From Gammaproteobacteria bacterium (GTDB lineage: Bacteria > Pseudomonadota > Gammaproteobacteria > JABDGN01): 24,000 nt of DNA. The stretch is from NCBI GenBank assembly GCA_009692385.1, contig SHZH01000006.1:1407-25406 (forward strand), written 5' to 3'. This document shows, piece by piece, positions 1 through 8,038 of the stretch. Made by a program: the position numbers and the translations under genes. The notes under the pieces were generated by a model that was not told where the DNA came from, did no database searches, and saw only the letters and a program-made list of their open reading frames with translations. Every line of letters starts with the position of its first letter. The stretch's first letter is position 1.

Positions 1-72
1 TTCTGCTGTCTACATGGTGTCTACATGAGGGTGTCTTTAAAATCGTGCTCGTCCGTAACCTATTGATTTTAA

Positions 73-149
73 TGGTGGGCCCACTAGGACTTGAACCTAG
101 GACCAAAGGATTATGAGTCCTCTGCTCTAACCAACTGAGCTATGGGCCC
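73..149 (-). tRNA. tRNA with CAU anticodon, probably tRNA-Ile2 (lysidine type); elongator tRNA-Met not excluded; CCA encoded
   Basis: The reverse complement reads GGGCCCATAGCTCAGTTGGTTAGAGCAGAGGACTCATAATCCTTTGGTCCTAGGTTCAAGTCCTAGTGGGCCCACCA. It has a 7-bp acceptor stem (GGGCCCA/TGGGCCC), a canonical D-loop, the anticodon loop CTCATAA and a GGTTCAAGTCC T-arm. C4/C5 in the acceptor stem and overall resemblance to E. coli ileX favour Ile2. Confidence 0.9.
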
Positions 150-167
150 GTCGTGTGACGAGGGTGA

Positions 168-195
168 ATTTTAGCATATAGGCCTTATTTAACAA
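168..195 (-). promoter_or_regulatory. Candidate sigma70 promoter for the tRNA gene
   Basis: On the minus strand there is a -35 TTGTTA (195-190), a 16-nt spacer and a -10 TAAAAT (173-168). A GC-rich discriminator (TCACCCTCG) follows, about 12-20 nt upstream of the mature tRNA 5' end at 149. Confidence 0.35.
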
Positions 196-317
196 TATAT
201 ATTGACTATAGTGGGCTTTTAAAGGTTTGCCTATGGTTATTTGTTGTAATAAAAGACAATAATATCAAAGGATTATAATATTTGCTGGATTTTACTCAAT
301 GGGTTGAGTAATTTATT

Positions 318-527
318 ATGATTAGAAAATCTTTATTTGAAAAATTAAAGCGACGGCTTGAAGAGCCGCGGAAATTTATCCACGTTTTGATTCGACCACG
401 GCAGGTTGGTAAGACCACGTTGGTTAACCAAATCATCAGTGATTTGGATATTCCAACTCATTACGCTTCAGCTGACGCACCGGGCTTAGAAAATACGCTT
501 TGGTTCGAAAAAGGGGTCAAGTCTTGA
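318..527 (+). pseudogene. N-terminal fragment (69 codons) of an AAA+ ATPase of the AAA_14/DUF4143 family
   Basis: The translation reads ..FIHVLIRPRQVGKTTLVNQI.., with a Walker A GKT in the context typical of GPRQVGKTTL ATPases of about 380-420 aa. The ORF stops after 69 aa and no continuation was seen downstream. Confidence 0.7.
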
Positions 528-572
528 CAATATACATTTGCTCAGGCAGGGTAACCTCGTATCTCAAAGCCC

Positions 573-866
573 CTATGCATAGAATATGAAAATGCTGTGT
601 ATCATGTATATTTTGGATCGTGAGAAAGGGCGTAAAGTAGTATTTGATAATGGATCATATCGAGTTTTGTTTTTTTCAATGATGATAGCCAAATAAAGCC
701 AACCTTCAGCCGTGTGAATATACGTGATATCACCACACCATTTTTGATTGATGGTCGTCGTACTAAAGTCACGATTGAGGATATTTTTAAACACCGGTTT
801 AGTGTGTTCAGAATCCGTGGTCATTTTAAATTTACGATTCGCCACAGCGCCAATAATTCCACACAT
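573..866 (-). pseudogene. IS3-family transposase (OrfB/integrase) remnant
   Basis: Residues NRKFKMTTDSEHTKPVFKNILNRDFSTTTINQKWCGDITYIHTAEGWLYLAIII match the conserved IS3 OrfB block (..RKFK.TTDS....P.N.L.R.F....PN..W..DITYI.T..GWLYLA.V.D). Similarity is lost on both sides. No OrfA, DDE core or inverted repeats are present. Confidence 0.75.
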
Positions 867-906
867 ATTTAAAGTCCATTATTATTAATGCGAATTGCAC
901 GCTTAA

Positions 907-2157
907 TTACGCTTTTCGGCAAAAAAACACAGTTATGAGTGCAATTGCCGCCGCGGCGATTAAATAAAATGCCGGAAAGAGATTGTTGCCGGACTTGTAA
1001 ATTAGATACGTCGCGATGAGTGGTGTGGTGCCGCCAAAGATCGAGTAGCAGGCATTGTAGCCGATACCCATGATACTGAAGCGGATCTGGGTGGGGACTA
1101 ATTCTAACGTGAAGGCGATCAAGGCACTGGAGTAGAGCGCAATAATAATCGCAAAAATAAACTGCGCAATTAACAAACTTATAAGAGTTCCATGTTGGAT
1201 AAAATAATAAAGTGGCAAGGTAAATAATACTAGGCCAATTAGGCCAGAAACTAATAATAATTTACGGCCTATTTTATCGGATAGCCAACCTAAGAATGGT
1301 GTGAAGACATCAAAGAAGGTCATGATTGCAGTCGTAATAATGCTCGCAGCAGCCAGTGGCAAATTAATAAATTTATTCGCGTACGTCGGCATAAATACAA
1401 AAATTAAATAAAACGCAATCGCGCCGGGAATGAAAATAATAAAGATTTTGAGCAGTTGCACTTTGTGTTCGCGAAAAATGGTCAGCAGAGGAAATTTCAC
1501 AATTTCGTTTTTTTGTTTTAGTTCCAAAAAAGCGGCTGATTCCCCCGCTTGGCGACGTAACAAATAGCCGACGATACCCGTCACGATGCCAAAAAAAAAC
1601 GGTAGGCGCCAACCCCATGTTAATAATTGTTGATCAGATAAAAAATGTAATAATATACTGCTGACAATGGAGCCAAGTAAAATGCCCAATCCTGAACCAC
1701 ACCAAATGAGTGTGGTCACAAATCCCCGTTTTTTCTCAATCGTGACTTCATAAAAATAAGTCAGCGTGCCGATCATTTCTCCACCAATCGCAATACCTTG
1801 TAATAAACGTAATAACACTAATAAGCAAGGTGCTAAAATACCGACATGATAATAGGTCGGTAAAAAGCCAATTAACAGCGTCGCAATCGACATCAGCATG
1901 ATCGTTGCGACAAAGGTCGTGTTGCGGCCATAGCGATCGCCAAAATGACCAAAAATAAAACCGCCGATGGGGCGCATTAGATAACCAATTGCAAAAATGG
2001 AGTAAGTGAGAATTAATCCGAGATATTTATTTTCTTCCGGAAAAAATAATTTAGCGATAAAAATGGCTAGGTAAACATAAACACTAAAGTCATACCATTC
2101 AAGGATCGTGCCAAATAACCCAGCGATAACGGGTGGTTTATGAAATTTATTATTCAT
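907..2157 (-). CDS. MFS transporter, metabolite:H+ symporter (MHS) family, ProP-like but lacking the C-terminal coiled-coil
   Basis: The 416-aa protein is colinear with E. coli ProP (..LEWYDFSVYVY.., MRPIGG.IFGH.GDRYGR, QG...GGE, RGF, WGWR.PFF). It has 12 predicted TM segments. Its ATG overlaps the glmU stop by 8 nt (AATGAATAA). Confidence 0.85.
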   Translation of the reverse strand: MNNKFHKPPVIAGLFGTILEWYDFSVYVYLAIFIAKLFFPEENKYLGLILTYSIFAIGYLMRPIGGFIFGHFGDRYGRNTTFVATIMLMSIATLLIGFLPTYYHVGILAPCLLVLLRLLQGIAIGGEMIGTLTYFYEVTIEKKRGFVTTLIWCGSGLGILLGSIVSSILLHFLSDQQLLTWGWRLPFFFGIVTGIVGYLLRRQAGESAAFLELKQKNEIVKFPLLTIFREHKVQLLKIFIIFIPGAIAFYLIFVFMPTYANKFINLPLAAASIITTAIMTFFDVFTPFLGWLSDKIGRKLLLVSGLIGLVLFTLPLYYFIQHGTLISLLIAQFIFAIIIALYSSALIAFTLELVPTQIRFSIMGIGYNACYSIFGGTTPLIATYLIYKSGNNLFPAFYLIAAAAIALITVFFCRKA

Positions 2158-3592
2158 TTTTTTTGGGCGGTTTCCAATTTTCGATCACGGTTTGTTTGCT
2201 GCGTGAAATCGTTAATTTACCCGCCGGAGCATTTTTGCTGATAGTTGATCCAGCACCGATGTAAGCCCCCGCGCCAATAGTAACAGGCGCGATCAGTTGA
2301 GAATCAGAGCCGATGAAGGCACCCTCTTCAATCGTCGTAATATTTTTGTGAACGCCATCGTAATTACACGTGATCGTTCCTGCGCCGATGTTTACATTTT
2401 TGCCGATGTTGGCATCACCGATGTAAGAAAGATGCGGGATTTTTGATGCTTCGCCAACGATCGCTTTTTTGGTTTCAACAAAATTACCAATTTTAACGTG
2501 CCCTGCTAATTGTGTGCCAGGACGCAAACGAGCAAATGGCCCAATGATACAGTTATCACTGATTACACTCTCTTCGATCACCACGTTAGAATTAATCGTT
2601 ACGTTTTCGCCGATCACACAATCTTTTAAAATAACATTCGAGCCAATTTTGCTACCTTGACCAATAGCCACTTTACCTTCGACAATGACATTGATGTCAA
2701 AAAAGACATCTTGGGCAACATCGAGTTCACCACGTAAATCAAAACGGGTTGGATCGGCAAAGCTGACACCGCTGAGCATTAACGTCTCGGCAGCTAGCTG
2801 TTGATAGACGCGTTCCAAATAAGCTAGCTGTGAGCGATCGTTAACCCCCATCACTTCTTCAGTAAAGGTCGGTTCGATAGTACAGATGGGTACCTGATCA
2901 GCGACGGCATTTGCAATCACGTCCGTTAAATAATATTCGCCCTGCGCGTTTTTTGCAGTTAAATTGCCGAGCCAGTGTTTTAATTCTTTACCGGGTAGCA
3001 ACATGATGCCGGTATTTATTTCTTCAATTTCTTGTTGCTGTTCGTTGCAATCTTTATCTTCAATAATACCTACTACATTATCTTCAGCATCGCGAATAAT
3101 GCGGCCTAAGCCGGATGGATCGTCTAGTGTTACGGTGACTAAACCCAGAGCATTTTTGTCTGTATCAGTGATCAATTCACGTAAGGTGGTCGTTGAAATG
3201 AGTGGTGTGTCGCTGAGCAACACTAAGATTTGATCGTCATCATTAAAATAATGTTGCGCTTGTTGCAGAGCATGCCCTGTACCGAGTTGTTGGGTTTGCT
3301 CTACCCAGGTAATTTTTTCCAAATACGAAGGGTCCTGCCGCTGCGGCACCTTTGTCGCTTGCACTCCAAAGGAAACCGCCTCCGCGTCAGCCGTCACGCT
3401 CGTGAAAGCTGCCCGAACTTGTTCACCACCATGTCCATAGATGACAATAGTCTGGGCCGGATTTAAGTCAGTCGCGGCATCAATGACCCATTGCAATAAT
3501 GGCTTGCCCGCCAGCGTATGCAGCACTTTCGGCAATTTCGAATGCATGCGTTTACCTTGGCCGGCAGCGAGGATAACTATTTTTAGTGGCAT
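2150..3592 (-). CDS. glmU: Bifunctional UDP-N-acetylglucosamine pyrophosphorylase / glucosamine-1-phosphate N-acetyltransferase
   Basis: The protein is colinear with E. coli GlmU over its full length (LAAGQGKRM, LPKVLHTL, QLGTGHA, NAQGEYYLTD, and left-handed beta-helix hexapeptide repeats ending NYDG..K..T.I). It carries an extra ~25 aa in the N-terminal domain. Confidence 0.97.
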   Translation of the reverse strand: MPLKIVILAAGQGKRMHSKLPKVLHTLAGKPLLQWVIDAATDLNPAQTIVIYGHGGEQVRAAFTSVTADAEAVSFGVQATKVPQRQDPSYLEKITWVEQTQQLGTGHALQQAQHYFNDDDQILVLLSDTPLISTTTLRELITDTDKNALGLVTVTLDDPSGLGRIIRDAEDNVVGIIEDKDCNEQQQEIEEINTGIMLLPGKELKHWLGNLTAKNAQGEYYLTDVIANAVADQVPICTIEPTFTEEVMGVNDRSQLAYLERVYQQLAAETLMLSGVSFADPTRFDLRGELDVAQDVFFDINVIVEGKVAIGQGSKIGSNVILKDCVIGENVTINSNVVIEESVISDNCIIGPFARLRPGTQLAGHVKIGNFVETKKAIVGEASKIPHLSYIGDANIGKNVNIGAGTITCNYDGVHKNITTIEEGAFIGSDSQLIAPVTIGAGAYIGAGSTISKNAPAGKLTISRSKQTVIENWKPPKKNE

Positions 3593-3602
3593 CTTAGGTA
3601 CT

Positions 3603-4883
3603 CTAATTTTTTGGTTTGGCGTAGGTTTCTTTAATAAAAAATAATAATATTAAGGCTAATACAAAGCCTAAGACCAATACAAAAAATGCTTGGTGATAAT
3701 CCGTAACTGAATAAACTCGCACGTTATTGATCAGGGTGCCGTCCCAGTTTTTATCCAACAACCAACCGACTACGGGTTGGAACACAGCACCGCCTGCAAT
3801 CACGTTAAACGATACGACACTGACACTGGTTGCAGTGAGTGCGGGTGAATTTTTCTCAGCCACCAGAGGATAGTTAATAATTTGTGCGCTACTGACAAAG
3901 CCGAGTAAAAAGAATAATACAATTAAGGTATCGAAATGATGCTGCTGGCCGTACACAATGTAAATCAAAATGATAAGTGATAAAACTGCGCCAGCCGCGA
4001 TCGGTGCTCTACGGCGATGAATTTTATCTGAAAACCAGCCAATGATCGGCGAGCCAACTAAGGTGCCAACGAAAATCATCCCGGTGATAATCGATGCTTC
4101 GGTATGGGTGTAACCTTGTGTTTGTTCTAAAAATACCGCACCCCAAATCGCACCTAAAATAAATACCGGCAAGTTCATCATGTTGGTGCAAATGCCACTT
4201 AACCAGTTCTGCCAATTTAAATACGATAATTTTAAACTTTTTAAAAAACCGAGTTCGCGTAACTGCAGTTTGCGTTTTTCTTTGAGCTCAGCAATATGAT
4301 CGGGATAATCTTTAACGCCCCACCAAACTAAAATAAAAATAATCACACCCAATGCGGCGTCCAGATAGATCGCTTCACGCCAACCAAATGCGTTGATGAC
4401 TAAGGTTAATGGCGTTTGTGCTACGGTGCCACCTAAAAATGCCATGGTCATAATGAGGCCGATAATTAACGCTAATTGTTTTTCATGAAACCATACTGCC
4501 GCGAGGCGCATACAACTTAAAAAGCAGAAGGCGCTGCCAATTCCAGTTAAAAAGCGAAATGCTGATGCCCAACCCAGGGAGGTTGAACCCGCGAATAATG
4601 CCGTGCCTATGATACAAATACCTAAGGTGATCAGCACAATTTTTTTGGTGGAGAAACGATCTAACAGCATACCGGCTGGAAATAAAAACAGCAGATTCGC
4701 ATCGAAATACGTTGCGGCTAACACACCGAGCTGATTACCGCTCACATGAAAATCTTGCATCAAATAGGTGGAGAGTGAGTTAACCATATTCATTTGAATA
4801 AATTCGTAGAAAAAGAATAGGCCGCAGGTTAAGCAGACAATCCACGGTAAAAATTTATTTGAACTTGATTTGGTTACTAACAT
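3603..4883 (-). CDS. MFS transporter, paralogue 1 of a tandem trio (possibly Pht-type)
   Basis: This is a 426-aa polytopic protein. It shares blocks with the next two genes (LFFFYEF.QM.M, FPAG.LLDRFST.K, RLA..WF....LAL..G...TMA.LGG). It lies 10 nt upstream of glmU on the same strand. Confidence 0.85.
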   Translation of the reverse strand: MLVTKSSSNKFLPWIVCLTCGLFFFYEFIQMNMVNSLSTYLMQDFHVSGNQLGVLAATYFDANLLFLFPAGMLLDRFSTKKIVLITLGICIIGTALFAGSTSLGWASAFRFLTGIGSAFCFLSCMRLAAVWFHEKQLALIIGLIMTMAFLGGTVAQTPLTLVINAFGWREAIYLDAALGVIIFILVWWGVKDYPDHIAELKEKRKLQLRELGFLKSLKLSYLNWQNWLSGICTNMMNLPVFILGAIWGAVFLEQTQGYTHTEASIITGMIFVGTLVGSPIIGWFSDKIHRRRAPIAAGAVLSLIILIYIVYGQQHHFDTLIVLFFLLGFVSSAQIINYPLVAEKNSPALTATSVSVVSFNVIAGGAVFQPVVGWLLDKNWDGTLINNVRVYSVTDYHQAFFVLVLGFVLALILLFFIKETYAKPKN

Positions 4884-4904
4884 ATGATTGTTTCCTTAAA
4901 TTAA

Positions 4905-5049
4905 TAGACTTCATTCCAAACCGAATCTTAAGTAATTACTCTGCGTTGCAATTGCGCTCCGTTGCTCACATATGTCTCATATATGCTGCGCTACGGTGCT
5001 CATTGCGCCTTGATTAATCACTCAATCTTCTAGTTTGGAAAGAAGTCTA
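4905..5049. repeat. 145-bp imperfect palindromic (MITE-like) element with 17-bp terminal inverted repeats
   Basis: TAGACTTCATTCCAAAC (4905-4921) is complementary to GTTTGGAAAGAAGTCTA (5033-5049) with one mismatch. The inner arms remain roughly 70 percent complementary by hand alignment, with the centre near 4977. The right end contains the TAG stop (5047-5049) of the upstream MFS gene. Confidence 0.6.
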
Positions 5050-6330
5050 ATGATGTTCTTTCACTAAGCATGCACACACTAATCCGATCACAAACATGAT
5101 CGGAAAAATCCAAAAAGCAAATTGATAATCAGCAATGGAGTAAACTGGAACTCCCGCTATTTTCGTACCATTCCAATGTAGGTCTAATAAAAAACCCATT
5201 AACGGTTGAAATATAGCACCGCCTCCCATAATAATAACTGACGCGAGTCCTAATGCTGACGCCGTTAATGATAACGGATTACTCGCTGTAATTAAGGGAT
5301 AGCTGATGACTTGTGAGCTAATAAAAAGGCCCATTAAGAAAAACAAAATCAACATGGTGCTAAAGGATGCATTCGGCCAAAAACGGATCGTGAAAATAAT
5401 GATAATTGAAAAAATGGCACCGTAAATCATCGGTTTTTTACGTTGACGAATGCGATCAGAGATCCAGCCGAGTAATGGGCAGCCGACGATCATACCGAGA
5501 AAAATCATGCTATCAATCAGCGAAGCTTGAGTGCGCGAAAAACCATTTACTTGTACTAAATAGTTGATACCCCATAGGGCGCCGAGTACTAAAATCGGTA
5601 AATTTAAAAATGACGTGAACAGACCCGCAAACCAATTTTGGCTGTTGCGTATGGTCGTCCAGATCGCTTGACGCAATTGGGGGGCATGGGGTTCGAGATG
5701 GGTTTTAAGATAATTGCGTGGATAATCACGCACTAACAGAATAATTAACAGTAAGAAAATCAACCCAATACCCGAGTCAATCATCACCGCGTGTCGCCAA
5801 TTGACAGCAGCAACTAACAAGGTCATTGGCGTTTGCGCTGCCATACCGCCGAGCATTGCCATGGTCACCACCGCTCCTGTTACTAATGCGAGTTGTTTCG
5901 AAGCAAACCAACGAGAGGCTAACCGTAATGAACTGAGTAAATTAAAAGCAGCGCCAAAACCACATAATAAGCGCATCGCAAATGCAAACCAATAATTTTC
6001 TGAAAACGCGAACAAGAACGTCGCGACTACGCAAACACTCATCGCTGCTACCAGGATCCAGCGTGTAGAAAAACGATCTAACAAAATACCTGCGGGAAAT
6101 AGCAATAAAACGTCCGCATAAAAATAACCCGCAGAAAGATTGCTCACTTGAGTCGCACCAATATTAAACGCCTGCATCAAATCATTATTGATGACATTGA
6201 ACATGTTCATCTGTAAAAATTCGTAAAAGAAAAAGAGCGCTGAAGTAAGGACAACAATCCACGCAAGCAAACCACCGTATTGTACGGTAGGTTGTTTGAC
6301 ATATTGAACGGTCATATCAATTGTTGGCAT
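5047..6330 (-). CDS. MFS transporter, paralogue 2 of the tandem trio
   Basis: This protein has the same conserved blocks as paralogues 1 and 3. The start is ambiguous between ATG at 6330 (MPTID..) and ATG at 6315 (MTVQ.., 1 nt after the upstream stop). Neither has a clear SD. The track start at 6351 is a GTG. Confidence 0.82.
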   Translation of the reverse strand: MPTIDMTVQYVKQPTVQYGGLLAWIVVLTSALFFFYEFLQMNMFNVINNDLMQAFNIGATQVSNLSAGYFYADVLLLFPAGILLDRFSTRWILVAAMSVCVVATFLFAFSENYWFAFAMRLLCGFGAAFNLLSSLRLASRWFASKQLALVTGAVVTMAMLGGMAAQTPMTLLVAAVNWRHAVMIDSGIGLIFLLLIILLVRDYPRNYLKTHLEPHAPQLRQAIWTTIRNSQNWFAGLFTSFLNLPILVLGALWGINYLVQVNGFSRTQASLIDSMIFLGMIVGCPLLGWISDRIRQRKKPMIYGAIFSIIIIFTIRFWPNASFSTMLILFFLMGLFISSQVISYPLITASNPLSLTASALGLASVIIMGGGAIFQPLMGFLLDLHWNGTKIAGVPVYSIADYQFAFWIFPIMFVIGLVCACLVKEHH

Positions 6331-7621
6331 AGGCTTTACAATAAGTCTCACGTACTAGTAGGGCCATAAAGAATGCGATTATAAACATGATTGGGAAGAT
6401 CAGCCAGGCAAAATGATGATCCGCCGCGGTATAAATGGGGACATTGTTTATCTTTAAACCATTCCAATGTAGATCTAGTAACCAACCAAAGAGAGGTTGA
6501 CCGAATGCACCGCCACCCATGATCAAGACCGCTGCCCAACCCGTGGCTGTACCGACTAAACAGTTCGGATTACTTTCAGCGATCAAGGGATAACTGATAA
6601 TTTGACCGCTACTAATAAAACCGAGCGCTAAAAACAAGAAAAACGAACTCCAAAAACTCAAGTTCGGGATGTACATGATCAGTAAGATCAAGATAAGCGA
6701 CAATACGGCACAGATCAGCATGGGTAATTTACGACGCCCCCAATGATCTGACCACCAACCTAGCACGGGTGAGCCGATCACAAAGCCGAAAAACAACATC
6801 ATGTTGACGGTAGACGCTTGAGTTTGTGACATATGATGTACTTGGACTAAAAATTCAGTACCCCATAATGCACCTAATACTAAGATAGGCAAGTTGATGA
6901 ATGAGGTGTAAAAACCCGCTAACCAGTTTTGGCTATTACGCCAAGCACTGAAAACTGTTTTCCAGAAACCTAATTTTTGCAATTGCGCCTGACTGGTTTC
7001 TTGGATTTTTGAACCGGGTGGAAAATCGCGTACCTGCCACAAAATAATGGCAATGAAGACAATGCCTAATAAGCCATCGATGAATACCGTGTGACGCCAA
7101 CCGAAATGTTGTACCAAGATCGAAATTGGCGCTTGACCCACCATGCCACCGAGCATCGCCATCGTGACGATCACACCGGTTGCTAAGGCTAAATGTGCCG
7201 GTGGAAACCAACGGGTTGCTAAACGTAAAGCACTTAAAAAGCAGAATGCCGCACCAACACCCGATAATAAGCGCATCGTCATTGCTAATTCATAAGTATT
7301 AACGAACGAAAAAATAATCGTAGCGGCGGTGCAAAGTGACATCGCGGCGACAATAATTTTACGCGTTGAAAAACGATCGAGAATAATACCTGCGGGAAAT
7401 AAGAATAAAACATCGGCATAAAAATAACATGCTGACATATTACTAATTCGCGTTGCCGTGGTGTTAAAGGCTGCCATGAGATCAGCATTAATCGAACTAA
7501 ACATAGTCATTTGCACGAATTCATAGAAAAAGAATAACGAAGCGCAAATAATGACCAACCAGGCTTTGGCGAGAGGGGGTGTTGCGGTAGGATCAAATGA
7601 AGAAGTGTTTATTGTAGTCAT
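6317..7621 (-). CDS. MFS transporter, paralogue 3 of the tandem trio
   Basis: This is the closest paralogue of 5047-6330, with long identical runs such as YFYADVL.LFPAGI.LDRFSTR and TMAMLGGM. The start is placed at ATG 7621 (MTTINTSS) because a GAGG lies 9 nt upstream. The longer track ORF begins at a TTG. Confidence 0.85.
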   Translation of the reverse strand: MTTINTSSFDPTATPPLAKAWLVIICASLFFFYEFVQMTMFSSINADLMAAFNTTATRISNMSACYFYADVLFLFPAGIILDRFSTRKIIVAAMSLCTAATIIFSFVNTYELAMTMRLLSGVGAAFCFLSALRLATRWFPPAHLALATGVIVTMAMLGGMVGQAPISILVQHFGWRHTVFIDGLLGIVFIAIILWQVRDFPPGSKIQETSQAQLQKLGFWKTVFSAWRNSQNWLAGFYTSFINLPILVLGALWGTEFLVQVHHMSQTQASTVNMMLFFGFVIGSPVLGWWSDHWGRRKLPMLICAVLSLILILLIMYIPNLSFWSSFFLFLALGFISSGQIISYPLIAESNPNCLVGTATGWAAVLIMGGGAFGQPLFGWLLDLHWNGLKINNVPIYTAADHHFAWLIFPIMFIIAFFMALLVRETYCKAYANN

Positions 7622-7746
7622 TACGTTCATCCTCAACAATAAGAAGTCGCTAATATAGCATAGGGCTATTATTAAAGTCTTGTGCAATTTTATGATTATT
7701 GGATGGTACAGGCCTAGGGGATTGTAACAAGTTAGGGGACGCTCAA

Positions 7747-7799
7747 TTTCACCTCTCCCCTTGTGGGAGAGGTCGCGCGCAGCGCGGGAGAGGGGTGAT
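7747..7799 (+). repeat. Structured hairpin repeat, copy A
   Basis: The sequence is ATTTCACCTCTCCCCTTGTGGGAGAGGTCG-cgcgcagcgcg-GGAGAGGGGTGAT. The left-arm hairpin is ACCTCTCCC/GGGAGAGGT and the central hairpin is CGCGC-gca-GCGCG. Confidence 0.9.
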
Positions 7800-7850
7800 T
7801 AATAAGTTCGCGAAGCGAATCAAATAAATTTAAGGAAGAAAGCTATTTAG

Positions 7851-7911
7851 ATCACCCCTCTCCCGCCACGCCTTCGGCATGCCGACCTCTCCCACAAGGG
7901 GAGAGGTGAAA
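7851..7911 (-). repeat. Structured hairpin repeat, copy B (inverted relative to A, 51-bp spacer)
   Basis: The reverse complement has arms identical to copy A. The central hairpin is replaced by CATGCC-gaa-GGCGTG. Confidence 0.9.
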
Positions 7912-8038
7912 CTTCTTTTCCTCGTGTAATTTAAAATAAAGACGTTCTTGATATAAGATAGCGTAAAATACAGGTCAGCTTACGCGAAGCAAACCGACAA
8001 AAACGAAATAAGCGTTTAAATTATAGAGATGTTAATAG

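Noticed and set aside
2469-3644. Plus-strand ORFs 2469-2660, 2964-3233, 3230-3466 and 3441-3644
   Set aside because: These are antisense shadow frames inside the well-supported glmU gene. Their translations are low-complexity (S/L/P/C-rich) with no recognisable motifs.
6317-7687. Long N-terminal extensions in the ORF track (7687 for MFS3, 6351 for MFS2, 17233 for the OMP, 13545 for dsbA, 14274 for ubiK, 13486 for PNP)
   Set aside because: Several of these extended starts are TTG/GTG codons, and none that I checked has an SD. The extensions add non-conserved residues ahead of recognisable N-termini or signal peptides. Downstream ATG/GTG codons with better context were chosen.
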